Below are positions 14,190-26,880 of a DNA stretch of 64,000 nt, one piece after another (within the stretch, counting starts at the first letter, position 1; each line of letters opens with the position of its first letter). Location of the stretch: contig OX597828.1 of the NCBI GenBank assembly GCA_951406725.2, forward strand, positions 5,952,001 through 6,016,000, in the 5' to 3' direction. Under the pieces are notes generated by a model. It worked only from the letters and a program-made list of their open reading frames with translations, did no database searches and was not told the DNA's origin. Origin of the DNA: Octopus vulgaris. Lineage: Eukaryota. A program made the translations under genes and the position numbers.

Positions 14190-15690
14190 GCTTCAGCAGT
14201 TGCAGGCTGGGGTTGGGAGTGGTGTGGGTGCATTTTTTACGTCTGTTGATGCGTGCGATGTTACATACGATATTTTCTAAGCAGGAGTAGCTCACCTTGA
14301 CCTTGCGTGAGGAGGAAGAGCATGTAATACTTACGGCTACTGGGGAAATGTTTCTCTATTAGCTACGTTGGTGAAGAGTTCTTTGTTGAAACTGGGGTTA
14401 TTCCATATAATTTTCCTTCTCCTAATCATTTTAGGTTGAGGAGAGGGTGTGTGGAGGTTGCCCACATACGTGAGCTTCTCAGTAAACCCGCTTCTAGCGA
14501 AAGTATCGTTGTAGTAGAGGACGGCTTTGTTAAAGATCTCACTATTGGCCGACACTTTAAATATTCTCTTTACTAGTGCCAGGTACCAGGTTTCTAATTA
14601 CCGCGGGGGTGGGGTGGATTTGAGCTCATGTGGATGTATACTGTATCCTCGTTAGGCTTCATGTACGAGTAATACTTGCCCGTACTCAGGTCTAAGGTTA
14701 CGCCCAAGAAATCGATTGTAGTCAGGTTGGTGGTAACCGTTATGGATAGGCCAAACTCTTTCAACATTTCTGTCAAGTCCTCCCTGAACTTGTCCAAGGT
14801 GTGGCCGTTCATATGGCTTGAGATAGCCAGGTCGTCGTCCCTATACAGAGGGCCGACGTATGTGGCTTGGTACGTCTCTTGAGGGTAACTAAGATGTATA
14901 ACCCGATGAGGTCGGAGATTTCAGCCCGTCTCTGCTCCCCATAGAGACGTAGAACAGTGGGTCGCCTTATATTTTCGCCCAGAACGAATCGTTGAGGGCT
15001 AAATCAAACTTTCTGGAATTCATGATAATTCGGATGTCAAGGTCACTAATGCTGATGTATTGGTCAGTAAAAGTTAGGTCCTTCACAAGGAGTGGCTTAG
15101 ATATGGAAGGGTAGAAGTCGACAATGTCGAACTGGGAGAATATACAGGATGATACCGCGGAACTAGTCGACCTCTGCTGCGCTGGAGTTCCATTGAATCA
15201 ACGCTGCATCTCTTCTGTTATCGGAGTTGATAATATCGAGAATAGGTTTGCTAATAATACCTATCTCACATTTAGAAGGGTCGATCAGCCTGCATTTGGC
15301 ATTGAAGTGGAAGTTTATGGACTAACAGTGTAATATGGAGGGAGGGTCAGATTGTGAGGCAGTCCACGCGATCTTTTCCGTGTATCTCATTGTATATGGA
15401 ATTACGGGTTTTGTTGTATGTTTTGTTGACGGCACTTTTAAGACGTCTTGAGTGTGTGGAAGTGTTCATTTCGTAAATGTTCTTTATTTTGATTATGAGA
15501 GTGTGTATGTTGGGTGATATTTTAGTGCTGGTCATATAAGCGTTTAGGGATTTAAGGAAGGGGTTAGAATAATGCAGAAACCTTACCTTCGTTGCAGTGT
15601 TCCATAGGTCAGTTTCAAATTTCTCAAGGTCTTTCAAACGCAAGGAGCACTTTCGGGAATTGAAGCCGAAATAATTCTTATATGTAGTGG
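14190..15690 (-). pseudogene. Penelope-like element reverse transcriptase (Naiad-type), frameshifted and truncated before GIY-YIG
   Basis: Motifs in order on the minus strand: FGFNSRKC..LEKFETDL, FDIVDFYPSIS (~15100-15132), LYRDD (YRDD 14834-14845), DFLGVTLDLSTGKYYSYMKPN..YIHMSSNPP, RRRKIIWNNPSF, KHFP, KVSYSC, CNC (14196-14204). Confidence 0.88.
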
Positions 15691-15722
15691 TGGATGGAAT
15701 TTGTCCGTAGATGTGGTGATGG

Positions 15723-16232
<510 letters not shown>

Positions 16233-16342
16233 ATAACAAAGAGTGAAATTAATTAATTATTTAAGAAATAATCAGTAATTTCACCAAGTAGAATTCGGCA
16301 TGAAAAAAGGACCATTTCATGGTAAACTTAAGTAATACTTTA

Positions 16343-16378
16343 TAATTAGGTTTCAGCAACGTTGCTGAACCCTAATTA
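16343..16378. repeat. 36-bp near-perfect palindrome
   Basis: TAATTAGGTTTCAGCAAC|GTTGCTGAACCCTAATTA, one mismatched pair. Confidence 0.9.
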
Positions 16379-16435
16379 CATATATATATACGGAACTTTT
16401 AACTGGTAGCACTTGCATGTGCAAGTTGTTTGCAA

Positions 16436-16477
<42 letters not shown>

Positions 16478-18286
16478 CATGTATGTATGCATGTATGTAT
16501 GTGTGCATGTTTGTATGTATGCATGTATGTATGCATATAGGCGGGGTGAGTATGTGCATATATAGGAGGAGAGAAATATATATGTGTGCATTGAATATTT
16601 TGCTTCAGTATCTAATAAACATTTCGATGCTAAAACTTTAAATTGTCTTATGATGCTATCATTGTAACAGTGGCTAACAGCCACTATCAGTCACGCATGA
16701 TACCGAAAAATCTATATCATTCGCAATCATTCTTTCAATTGCAATGGCGTAATATTTTTTACTTGTTTATTTTGAGAGGATCATAAGGAGTGATATTTAC
16801 CTGGTTATGAATTCCTTTTGTCAGAGAATTACTACAAATGTTAGAAAGGGGAAATGCACTGCTCCATGCAAAAGTTCAAACATCTACAGGAGGTTTCTTA
16901 ATAGTTCACCGTATTATTGCTGAAGTAAATGCTAGTGTGATATCTTAAATATACTTAAAGCCTTGAAGTATATTTAAATATTTTGAACGATAAAGGGAAA
17001 AAGTATTCCGTCAGCCAACAGCTACATTTCTAACTGTCGAAATATCTTTCACATGTCATCACACTTTCTTCCGAATGAAAAGCTCATTCGATAAAATAGT
17101 GCTCTTTGATGTAATACCTGAGAGAAAACGATTGGGTTGTCACCACCAGAAGGTATTTGAATGTATGCCTGTAAGGTCAGAGATAGATACGTTGAATGTG
17201 ACCTCACCTCTACAAATTAAGTAGTTATCTAAGACAATATATTGGCCCATTTCTGTTCAAAGCAGATAGAATGATACAAAGAAACACGATGATTTTTATA
17301 TATATACATTGTATACAATAAGCGAATTTCTGTTCGTATAATTCCACGGTAGCTTATCTCAAAGAAGAAGAATATTTTATTAACCACTTTGTAATATAAT
17401 GACATAATCATTTGTATTAAATATATATACATATGAAAGGTAGAATCTACTGATATATTCTCCATTCAGAAGGAACTGTACAACATAAGAAGCAAAATGA
17501 AGTCACTAAACACTCATTGCATTAATCTATGTAGACATTTAAATGGCGGTTTATATTATGGAAATGGTTTCTATAAAATGCTTATCTACAGTGTTATACG
17601 TAGAATTAAAATATTGGAGTCGTTTATTCTCATCATCTTCCTTTAAAAAAAACTGTCCGGTTTCATGTAATAAAACGCTCCAGTAAAAGTAATTTCTGTA
17701 TAACTTTGGAGGTAATAATATATTCGCCTGTTCAATTTTGCTTGTCTATCCGTCGATCCATACTGAAATTCATGCATTGATTCATTCATCAAAATATGCA
17801 TACTGTCAGGTGCTTGATGTCCTGCTTCTATATTTTCAAATTAATTACATATATGTATACATATACATACATACATACATACATATATATATATATATAA
17901 ACACACACACACACATGTGATTGATGTTCCTCTGTCCGTTACATTTTCATGTTCATTAACTCCTCCTAAACCGTTTGTGCAGGTACAACGAAACTCAAAC
18001 CAGCAACTCTCTTAATCCCAGGAAATGTTCTAAGGGTGTCTATTTTTTTTAAGGGCCGCCCAATTGGGGCCCCACTGTCCCTGCCACATTTTTCTGCATT
18101 TTAGATTAATTACTTGGCATTGTCGACCAAATCGGAGCAATGACAATGAATTTCATACTAGGAAATCCGTAGGAGTATGGTAAAAAGGTTCAATTTCTGA
18201 AGGGCCCCTTAAATGGAGTCCCACGCCCCCCTATTTTTACTGCATTTACCTCGCTTCTATGCTTATTGATTAAACTATGATCAGTA

Positions 18287-18487
18287 TCAGTGCTTAGCAC
18301 ATTTGCCAAGCTGTATCGGCCTCAGTCTTTACCTTGGATAAAATCGGTGGCGTGGAGAGTGGAGGCTGGTATGCGAGGGCGACTGCTGGTCTTCCATGAA
18401 CAACCTTGCCCAGACTTGTGCCTCGGAGCGTAACTTTCTAGGTGCAATCCCATGGTCATTCATGGCCGAAGGGGATCACAACAACAA

Positions 18488-18488
<1 letters not shown>
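18287..18488 (+). mobile_element. probable 3' part of a SINE or LINE with (ACA)n tail
   Basis: GC-richer 200-bp block (...caaccttgcccagacttgtgcctcgg...cccatggtcattcatggccgaagggg) ending acaacaacaa, then (TATC)n at 18489-18548. Confidence 0.5.
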
Positions 18489-18549
<61 letters not shown>

Positions 18550-18872
18550 AGAACTAAAGTTTTAGGTGTGGTTGCGGGTGCAGCCTGAACAGTCGCAATA
18601 GGATGAACTAGGTACGGCAGTGCCACAGACTTAAATTACGGCAAATTGATCTTAAGAACTCAAAAGTGATAAATAGTAATATGACCTACATTTCTGGCAG
18701 TTAATTTCTTCCTTTGAACAGTAATGTTAAAAGGTTAGTTTGAGCAATTTTTAGAACGATACCACCATGCGGTTGAATAAAGGAATGAATAAATAAATAA
18801 ATAAATAATATAAAAAGCTTTTTCGGTTGGAATTATTTCCCATTTCGAATGAATAAAAATTAGCTGTGAAAA

Positions 18873-18966
18873 TGCCCTGATGAAGTCCTTGATGGGTTTT
18901 AGCGTCCTAATGCACTAAAAGATGCGGAAGAGGCATCTTGATAGCGGCGGAAACGTTACATAGGCA
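18873..18966 (+). ncRNA. degenerate hammerhead-like motif with extended, branched stem II
   Basis: tgcc-CTGATGA (18877-18883)...hairpins TTTTAG/CTAAAA and AAGATGC/GCATCTT...GAAAC-GTT (18950-18957)...ggca. Confidence 0.35.
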
Positions 18967-19234
18967 AAAAAAGAAGATAAATGACTGCATAAAGGAAAAC
19001 ATGTTGGATATTCTCTATTCACTGTTTTCTTTAAATTGATTCATTATTATTTCTCCTCTAATGAAAAGCATGCAACCTCTACAGAGACAACAGGATTTTC
19101 AGGCGTGAGAATGTACGAAGAAGAGTTAAACCGACCAACTGAAGGTATTTAAGCTCACGAATGTTAATCAGCATCACCAATCGATAAAAGTCGATTATAT
19201 ATCTCCGTCAACTAAAAATTCAGAAAATTTTGGA

Positions 19235-19260
<26 letters not shown>

Positions 19261-19270
<10 letters not shown>

Positions 19271-20124
19271 CAAAAATATATTTAAAAATACAAAAAGGGA
19301 CGAGAACGCAAGACACTCAAATAAACGACACAAAAACCGGACGGATCATTCGAAGCCTCTAATCTTCAGTCCAGAACCGGATCAGCCTCGCAATTTCGGC
19401 TGATTAATCTTGAGATCGCTCCGATCCGGCCAGCCCCAAGGAAAAACTAAGCTACGAGCATTAGATTGCTTGGGAAAAGGATCGAATGTATACGAAACAA
19501 GGACAGAAAAACGGACGATGCCACACGAATATAAATACAAAAAACAACAATAGTAATAACTGGACAAAAACAGCGGGTGTCTTACGACTTTAGACAGTTC
19601 AACTTAGCCTAGCTGGCGTATTTGGAAAAAAATGCCTTTACGGCAGTCGAAGAAATCGATGTTGTCGTGGCGGTGCTCAGAAGCCGAAAGGCTAGTTGAC
19701 CGGCGGTCACGTGAGAGGAGAAGAGAGAGAAAAAAAGGGGCAAAGGAATCAAAGAGAGAGAGAAAAAAGGAGGGACAAAGGCACCAAAGGAGAGGGTGGA
19801 AGAAGAGAGAGAAAGAAGGAATTAAAGAGGGGAGAAGAAAGAGAGCGTGCCAAGGATTGACTTGACGACAGAATCAGTGAGGTGCAAAGTGAGAAAGACA
19901 GAGAAATGTGAGAGAGTGGGGAAAGAGGAGGCCAAAGAATCAGAGGCGAGAAAAGAGAAAGACAGAGACTACTGAAGTATAGAGAAAATGTGTGTAGAAG
20001 TCGTACAGTAGTGGAATGCTTACATACATAAGAGAACAAGATATACGTTACGCCGCAATAATATATGTATAAAAAAATATATATAAAAATACAAAAAGGG
20101 ACAAGAACGCAAAACACTCAAATA
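19261..20124 (-). mobile_element. non-coding element bounded by ~63-bp direct repeats (Penelope pseudo-LTR-like)
   Basis: 19261-19323 and 20061-20124 are near-identical (aaaaatacaaaaagggacRagaacgcaaRacactcaaata); minus-strand ctgga-CTGAAGA...GAA..tccgg near 19337-19374; purine-rich interior. Confidence 0.6.
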
Positions 20125-20130
20125 TATATC

Positions 20131-20342
20131 TGTGATAACTATTCGGTTGCCATAATGAAACTGAGAGTTTCAGATGTCGGGGCGGAAACCTGCACCGACA
20201 TCTCTTCAGTTATCGAGGCTTTTTATTTCATTATTTCATAACATATTTTGATTGCCTCGATAACTGAAGAGATGGTGGTGCAGCTTTCCGCCTAGACATC
20301 CGAAACACTGAGTTTTATTATGGCAACCGAATAATTGTCACA
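20131..20342. repeat. 89-bp inverted repeat (34-bp spacer), each arm with CTGAAGA-stem-GAAAC
   Basis: Arms 20131-20219 and 20254-20342 differ at about 11 positions by manual alignment; CTGAAGA 20264-20270, GAAAC 20302-20306. Confidence 0.9.
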
Positions 20343-20524
20343 TATTATATTACAGATAAATTCCTGTATTTAGATAATATTGAGGTCTCTTTCATTCTTT
20401 TGTTGCCTTACCATTAGTATTAATATATATATATGATTGAGATTCAGTTGAGTTAGGTTCTTAAGTTGAAACACCAATTCAGTGCGATATTATCTGTACA
20501 GCTCGAAGTAAGATGAATAAAATC

Positions 20525-21146
20525 AAAATAAGCAACAGGATATCAAGTAGTGATGCAGTACGACCGTTTCAAGCGGCTCCATATAATTGAACAATCCAGC
20601 CATTACATAAATTTAAATGCAGTGCCATCTTCAGCTGCACAAATAACTAAATAGTATTTTAACCAATCGGACACATTAATATAATTTTCTCAAATATTTT
20701 AACTGAGCCGGAAGATACCCAATTGACTACTCCTAATATCGTCAGAATTTATGACCATACCTAGCCATGAGCTGTCAACTCACTCTTTTCCTTATTCAAT
20801 TCAAAATAGACACAATTTTCTAGTCTTAGATTTAGTAGTCGATAAAGAGATCAATGAATTAGAAATGAATTAAAATCCTTTACGACATTATTACCCTAAT
20901 AATCTCCATGCGATTCTTGGAAGTGTAGTCTATTCTTAGCTAAAATAGCGACAACATGAATTTGTTTCAACTTCTTGCTCTGTTAAAATATTTGAGAAAA
21001 GTATATTAATGTGTCCGACTGGTTAGAATTTTATTTATTTATATATGCAGCTGAAGATGGCGTTGAATTTAATTGCATGTTCAATTAAATGGAGCCACTT
21101 GAAACGGTCATACTCCATCACTATTTTATATTCTGATGCTTATTTT
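20525..21146. repeat. ~180-bp inverted repeat (~255-bp spacer) with hammerhead-like motif in each arm
   Basis: Arms 20525-20714 and 20971-21146; tgcag-CTGAAGA-tggc (21051)...gcca-ctt-GAAAC-GGTC (21101-21109), mirrored in the left arm. Confidence 0.85.
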
Positions 21147-21201
21147 TACCCCCCCTCTCTCTCTCTCTCTCTTTCTCTCTCCCTCTCTCTCTCTCTCTCT
21201 T

Positions 21202-21244
<43 letters not shown>

Positions 21245-21246
<2 letters not shown>

Positions 21247-21910
21247 CCAGACCGCTAGTTGGATGGAAACTCAGAACTTTCAAAACAAGAGAAAAGGAGA
21301 TATTGACGGGCCTTCGGAGGACATACGTCCTAACCCGCTTGGAATACTTCTGCGAACTACGGTCACCACACGATATAATATTCACGGTAGCACTTGAAGC
21401 AACCCAACGAATCTACAGTAAAAATCGTTTCCATGCAACATATTAGCTACTGGAATAGACTGAAAGAATTAAAACTCTTCTCCTTGGAACGAAGGCAGGA
21501 AAGATATGCAGTGATATACATCTAGAAAATCTAGGATAGCCTTGTACCAAACTTTGGTATTGAAAGTTGCTCAAACAGTTGAACGGAGCGTCGCTGCATA
21601 GTGCTAAAGATACCAGCAAAATACAGGAGCAGTTACTGCAACAGCTTCGCTTTCAAGGACCCACAACTCTTCAAAATCCTCCAAAATGCTTGAGAGACCA
21701 GTATGGTGTGATTGCAATTGTCTTTAAAACAAAACTGGATCTCTACCTATCAAGGGTTCAAGATGAGCATACTTTCCGGTAGAAAAAACAGATGAAGGCA
21801 GTGGCATCAAACTCCCTGATTGACCAAGTACCACATATCTGAGTAGGTTTCAAATAATAGTGTAACACAGTCAACGGTGGTGCCTCAGCAGGGCTGCAGC
21901 TTTGAAGCTG
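21245..21910 (+). pseudogene. CR1/L2-group LINE 3' fragment
   Basis: GWKLRTFKTREKEIL..TYVLTRLEYFCELRSPH..LEATQR and SYWNRLKELKLFSLERRQERY match the conserved post-RT motifs (RP.LEY..W.P, LE.VQR, Y..RL..L.L.SLE.RR). Confidence 0.8.
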
Positions 21911-21977
21911 AAACATTTTAAAAGATTCTAAAGTTTTCTATATGGGTGTATGTATCTATCTATCTATATATATATAT

Positions 21978-22340
21978 ATCATCATCATGGCTCGGCTTCG
22001 CGAACGAAGATCAGGAAGGCTGTCCACGTCGAGTGCATGCACGCGCATGACTTACAAGTCCGATATGGGAAAGGCAGGTCTGTGAGCAGTGTCCACAGAC
22101 GAAGGTAACATCCGGTGTGGTGTCAGAGGCGGCTCGCGCCTTCCTCCTGCGTCTCTTGTCTTTAAGTGCGTCTCTTCATTGTTTCTCAAACTTGCTGACT
22201 GCGTTGAAGATTGTGTGGCGCCAGACATCACGGTCCGCAGCCAGGTCTGAACAGCATTGGGGGTTAATTTGACATGCTGTTAGAGACTTCTTGAGGCAGT
22301 CTTTGTAGCGCTTCCTCGGAGCTCCTCTCACTCGGTGAGA
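21978..22340 (-). pseudogene. RTE-clade LINE 3' end
   Basis: RVRGAPRKRYKDCLKKSLTACQI..LAADRDVWR, C-terminal CGHCSQTCLSHIGLVSHARAC zinc finger, short 3' UTR, (TGA)n tail at 21978-21988. Confidence 0.85.
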
Positions 22341-22341
22341 G

Positions 22342-22374
<33 letters not shown>

Positions 22375-22504
22375 ATGTATATATATATATATATATTCAT
22401 ATATGTTTCTGGGGGATCGGAGATCCATAATAATGTTCGTAGATGTAGTTCATCACAATATGCCGTCGTACAGATGCAATTACCATTGGATAAGCCAAGC
22501 CGTT

Positions 22505-22585
22505 ATCATCAGGGTGGAGAAGAACGTACATTTCAGATCTTAACGTAGAGAATTTCGAAGATGAACGATCTCTACCCTGATGATG
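22505..22585. repeat. imperfect hairpin with CTGATGA on both strands
   Basis: ATCATCAGGGTGGAGA (22505-22520) pairs with TCTCTACCCTGATGAT (22569-22584). Confidence 0.65.
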
Positions 22586-23040
22586 GTGGGCGTATTACGG
22601 CTGTTGGACGTATAGAATCTTTCATCCACCCCTTTAATTCCCTTTGTTGTTTGTACTCCGTGTAAGACGGACCAATTGATATAAATATTTATATATTTAT
22701 ATTTCGTCTGAAAGTTTCCACCATTTGCTTTCTCTGGTTTTGCAGGTATACATACAGTATGTACGTATTTTTTTATTTCATACCCAAACAATTATATTGG
22801 ATAAATTTAATTTATTTAATATATTTAATGTATCTATTTCATTTATTTATCCGCACAATTCCCTCTCTATGCCCTCTCAACTCGATCCCTCTTACACCCT
22901 TTCTTTTACCTTGTAGAATCGATTCTCTGTAAAGCCTTCGGAATCTAAGATGATCTTCTTGAACAATACTAAGTATTTTCTTTACAGAAATCTCTGGATC
23001 ATCTCTGGACTTTGTACGCACACACACACAAACACACACA

Positions 23041-23106
<66 letters not shown>

Positions 23107-23159
23107 CACATGCAAACATACATATATACATACGTACGTACATCTCTCTCTCTCTCTCT

Positions 23160-23191
<32 letters not shown>

Positions 23192-23624
23192 CTTCCTCTT
23201 CATATATACATATATTTATGTGTGTGCCTGTGTGTGTGTATGTGTGTGTGAGCGTATGATGAGTTTGTATTGCAGAATGTCGGTGATATACGGACACACG
23301 TAGGGAATGATAAAAGAGAAGGAAATATGACAAAAGACTACATAGATTTGAAGAATATATACTGTTGTATTTAATATAAAGGAATGTTCAACGTTATTGT
23401 TACGCTAAAAACGCACTCATCTTACATATCGACTCAAATTTCATTTTTGTCCTTGTTTCTGTTAACTGCATGTAACTCTTACTAAAAGTAACTTTCATTA
23501 TATATAACAAGGAATTCCTTTCACTAACATGTACTCATAAATATGCATTAATATAGACACATGCACATTTATTGTCTCACAAAATATATAACTATCTTCC
23601 TCTTACTCTTTCTCACTTCCTCTT

Positions 23625-23661
<37 letters not shown>

Positions 23662-23950
23662 ATCTATCTATCTATCTCTTTTTTCTCCGCTTACACTCAT
23701 GCACGCAATAACACACACACGCACAGATCGCGTGTGCGTGATTGTATGCGTCCGACACCCAACAGTTGCTCCGTTCAGGTTTCGGTTTTAATGTTGTTCG
23801 CGTTAAAACCCCAACCTCGCGTGTACCCACAGGCTCTTCGTAATCGAGATTAGGTTGTAACAGAATACACAGATCACAGCAATAAAAGATATAACTTAGA
23901 CATTGACTTCATACTCACTTATTTCATCTCGTCTATATTGTTGACGTTGA

Positions 23951-24181
23951 AGGCGACGAGCTGGCAGAAACGTTAGCACGCCGGGCGAAATGCTTAGCGG
24001 TATTTCGTCTGCCGCTACGTTCTGAGTTCAAATTCCGCCGAGGTCGACTTTGCCTTTCATCCTTTCGGGATCGATAAATTAAGTACCAGTTCGCACTGGG
24101 GTCGATATAATCGACTTAATCCGTTTGTATGTCCTTGTTTGTCTCCTCTATGTTTAGTCCCTTTTGGGCAGTAAAGAAATA
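23951..24181 (+). mobile_element. SINE family A, full-length, 16-bp target-site duplication
   Basis: Near-identical to 1798-2028; TSD TATATTGTTGACGTTG at 23934-23949 and 24182-24197. Confidence 0.95.
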
Positions 24182-24557
24182 TATATTGTTGACGTTGTGC
24201 TTATTTATCATATTGATCCAATAGTATCCATCTAGATATAGCACCTTTAGTGTAACGTATGTTAAAGACGAAATGGGACTGAATGTGGAACAATGTGGTT
24301 TAGAAACAAACTTCTAACCATACGTCCAATGCGGCGCCTAAATAAGTAGTAAGGTCTCACCGACTGTTATAAAGATAAATTATATCATAGTCTAATAATG
24401 TTATACGTGAATGCGTGTGCGTGTTTGTATGTGTCTAGACCTACCTGTGTGAGTGGCGTTTCTTTGTACCTGCGTGTGTGAGCATGTGTGTCTGTATTGG
24501 GGTTACTTGCTTTTGAGGTTTGAGGCCTTTACGTTTTGTATATCATTTATTTCTGAA

Positions 24558-24651
<94 letters not shown>

Positions 24652-25758
24652 TATATGTGTATACATATATATATATATATACATATATACATATATATAT
24701 ATGCACTGAATATTCGAGTTCAAGTGGAACGGACGCACCACACAAAATGCACGTAGTCGTTGCCCGGGTCGTTGATAACAATAACCTCACGACCAACTCG
24801 TATTGCAATACATGCCTCTGATAAGGAATTTTTTTTCAAATTGTACCAATCAGTGAACACGGTGTGCATTCCGGCCAATGAATGGACACGCACCGTGGGC
24901 GGACTTGAATGCCTCTGACCTTAATTTTCCCTTGCACAGAAGCGTGTTGTTGTTGTTGTTATCTTCACTGATGTTATCAGTCAGACATTTGCTTTCCATC
25001 GCAACGCCTGCGTTATAGTATAAGTTCAACTACTGAAAAATAGGGAGATTATAGTAAAATCCTTACGATCGTTGCGGCTTATGGAACGAATAATGAGAAT
25101 CAATAAAATACTAATAATGTACGCAAATTTGCATTTTGGGGGTTGAATAAAGAGAAAAATGGTAAAGGCAAAAAAGGCTTTAGTCATTGCTTTGCGCCTT
25201 TACCTCACTTAAACGGAAATAGGCTCAATCCTATACTTAATCCTGTGCTTAATCTTGGGGGAAATTTTATTGAATTTAAACCTGAGAACGTTCCTTTGGC
25301 AATCCTGATTCGTTTGCTGCCAAAAAAATCTACATGGACAAAGTGTTTTCATTAGTAATACCAGAGGTGATCACAGATATACCGGAACACGGTTCATTGG
25401 TAAATTTTCAGTAGGGTTTGTGCAAAACAATTGTCTCACAATACTTCAAGACATTGTTTAATAATCGAATACTAAAGACGTTCACATTGGATTTTTAGTA
25501 GCGGCACAAAGGACATTATTAACGAAAATGCCAATAATTGGTTTTAAAAGTCATGTTTTTTTATAATTTTCTGTTGACAAATAGGGTTTTGTGTATCACA
25601 AATTCACTCATAACACTCTTTGTACTTTGCTGCGTGTTTTGACATAAAAAAAAACTTTAAAATTGGCAACGTAGATTAAACGCAAATCCAAATATTGCCC
25701 GAAAATGACCTCAAAATTGTGCGACCCGCCCTCGTTTAGAAGGCTAATTCTGTAATTA

Positions 25759-25860
<102 letters not shown>

Positions 25861-26189
25861 CTACATAAGGTTAGGTAAAAAAAAATGATCACTTGCCTAC
25901 CTTGTCGATGTTGGGATTACCGACAGAGAGAGAGAGAGAGAGAGAGAGAAAGAATTTGATATATAGTGATTAAACACATGGATTAAACGTTGACTTATGA
26001 ATTAATATGTAATGTAAATGCGCTGAAACGTTGCAACTGCTACCATAATTATTAACAGGTAACTGAACGGCAAAGATGATGTTAGTGTTATCACAGTAGA
26101 ATTAAAAGCATAAGAATTAAAGTGAAACAATATTAAAGTTAGAATTAAAAGTGAAACAAGAAAAGTGAGACAATATTATATCATATTAC

Positions 26190-26405
26190 AATATAGATGT
26201 AATTGTTTCACTTTTGACATGCAATACAGAACCATTCTATGAGATTGATCCGGGTCCGCGTTAGGTAAGAAGATGAACATTTCCTTTGCCCATAACACTC
26301 TATAGACCCTAAGTAATGCATGTAAAATTTGAATGACATCAGTTAGGTAGTTCTCAAGTTTTAGGGCTTCAGGCATACAGACATACAGACTGACACACAC
26401 ACCTA
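26190..26405. mobile_element. possible non-autonomous Helitron/MITE-like remnant
   Basis: ...tgtaaaatttgaatgacatcagttaggtagttctcaagtttt...(CATACAGA)n block typical of invertebrate Helitron derivatives; similar-looking block at ~17925-18030. Recalled, not verified. Confidence 0.3.
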
Positions 26406-26564
26406 TATATGTCATTTTTCATTTGTCCTAATTCTTTTTCATATCTTTTTATGCTCTTTTGTTTTGATCTGTCTTGTAAATGATACGCCCAAGTGTGTTT
26501 CAGCATGTCAGATGATAACGTAATTAAGTGTACCTAAGAATATTAAGCTTGAAATGAGTTGCAA

Positions 26565-26880
26565 TGCTCAGCTATGATAATGTAGTTAAGAATGTTTTGC
26601 TAACGAGTTGTTTCTAGTTCATTCCCACTACGTGGTATCTTAGTCAGGAAACTTCGATTGCAACGCTGGGTGGCCATTACTAGTGAGTGACATTGGTAGG
26701 CGGAAACTGCGCAGAAGACTGTCATGCGCATACGCGCATACACACGCGCACACATACGCACACACATATGTGTAACCGTGTGTGTTTGTACTTTTGTTTC
26801 TCACGCACGATGGCTTGGCGATCGGTGTTGGATTTTTTTTTACATATTCTTAACTTAGTGTTTCGGTAATATTAACAGAG
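26565..26880 (+). mobile_element. SINE family B, old diverged copy
   Basis: gttcattcccactacgtggtatcttag...gtgagtgacattggtaggcggaaactgcgcagaagac...cgatcggtgttgg, colinear with family B. Confidence 0.55.

Noticed and set aside
14193-14204. TGA immediately after the CNC motif as possible selenocysteine (some Naiads are selenoproteins)
   Set aside because: Both Cys codons are TGC. The TGA is at the usual Arg position (CNCR) and fits CGA>TGA CpG decay in a copy that is already frameshifted. No SECIS is visible.
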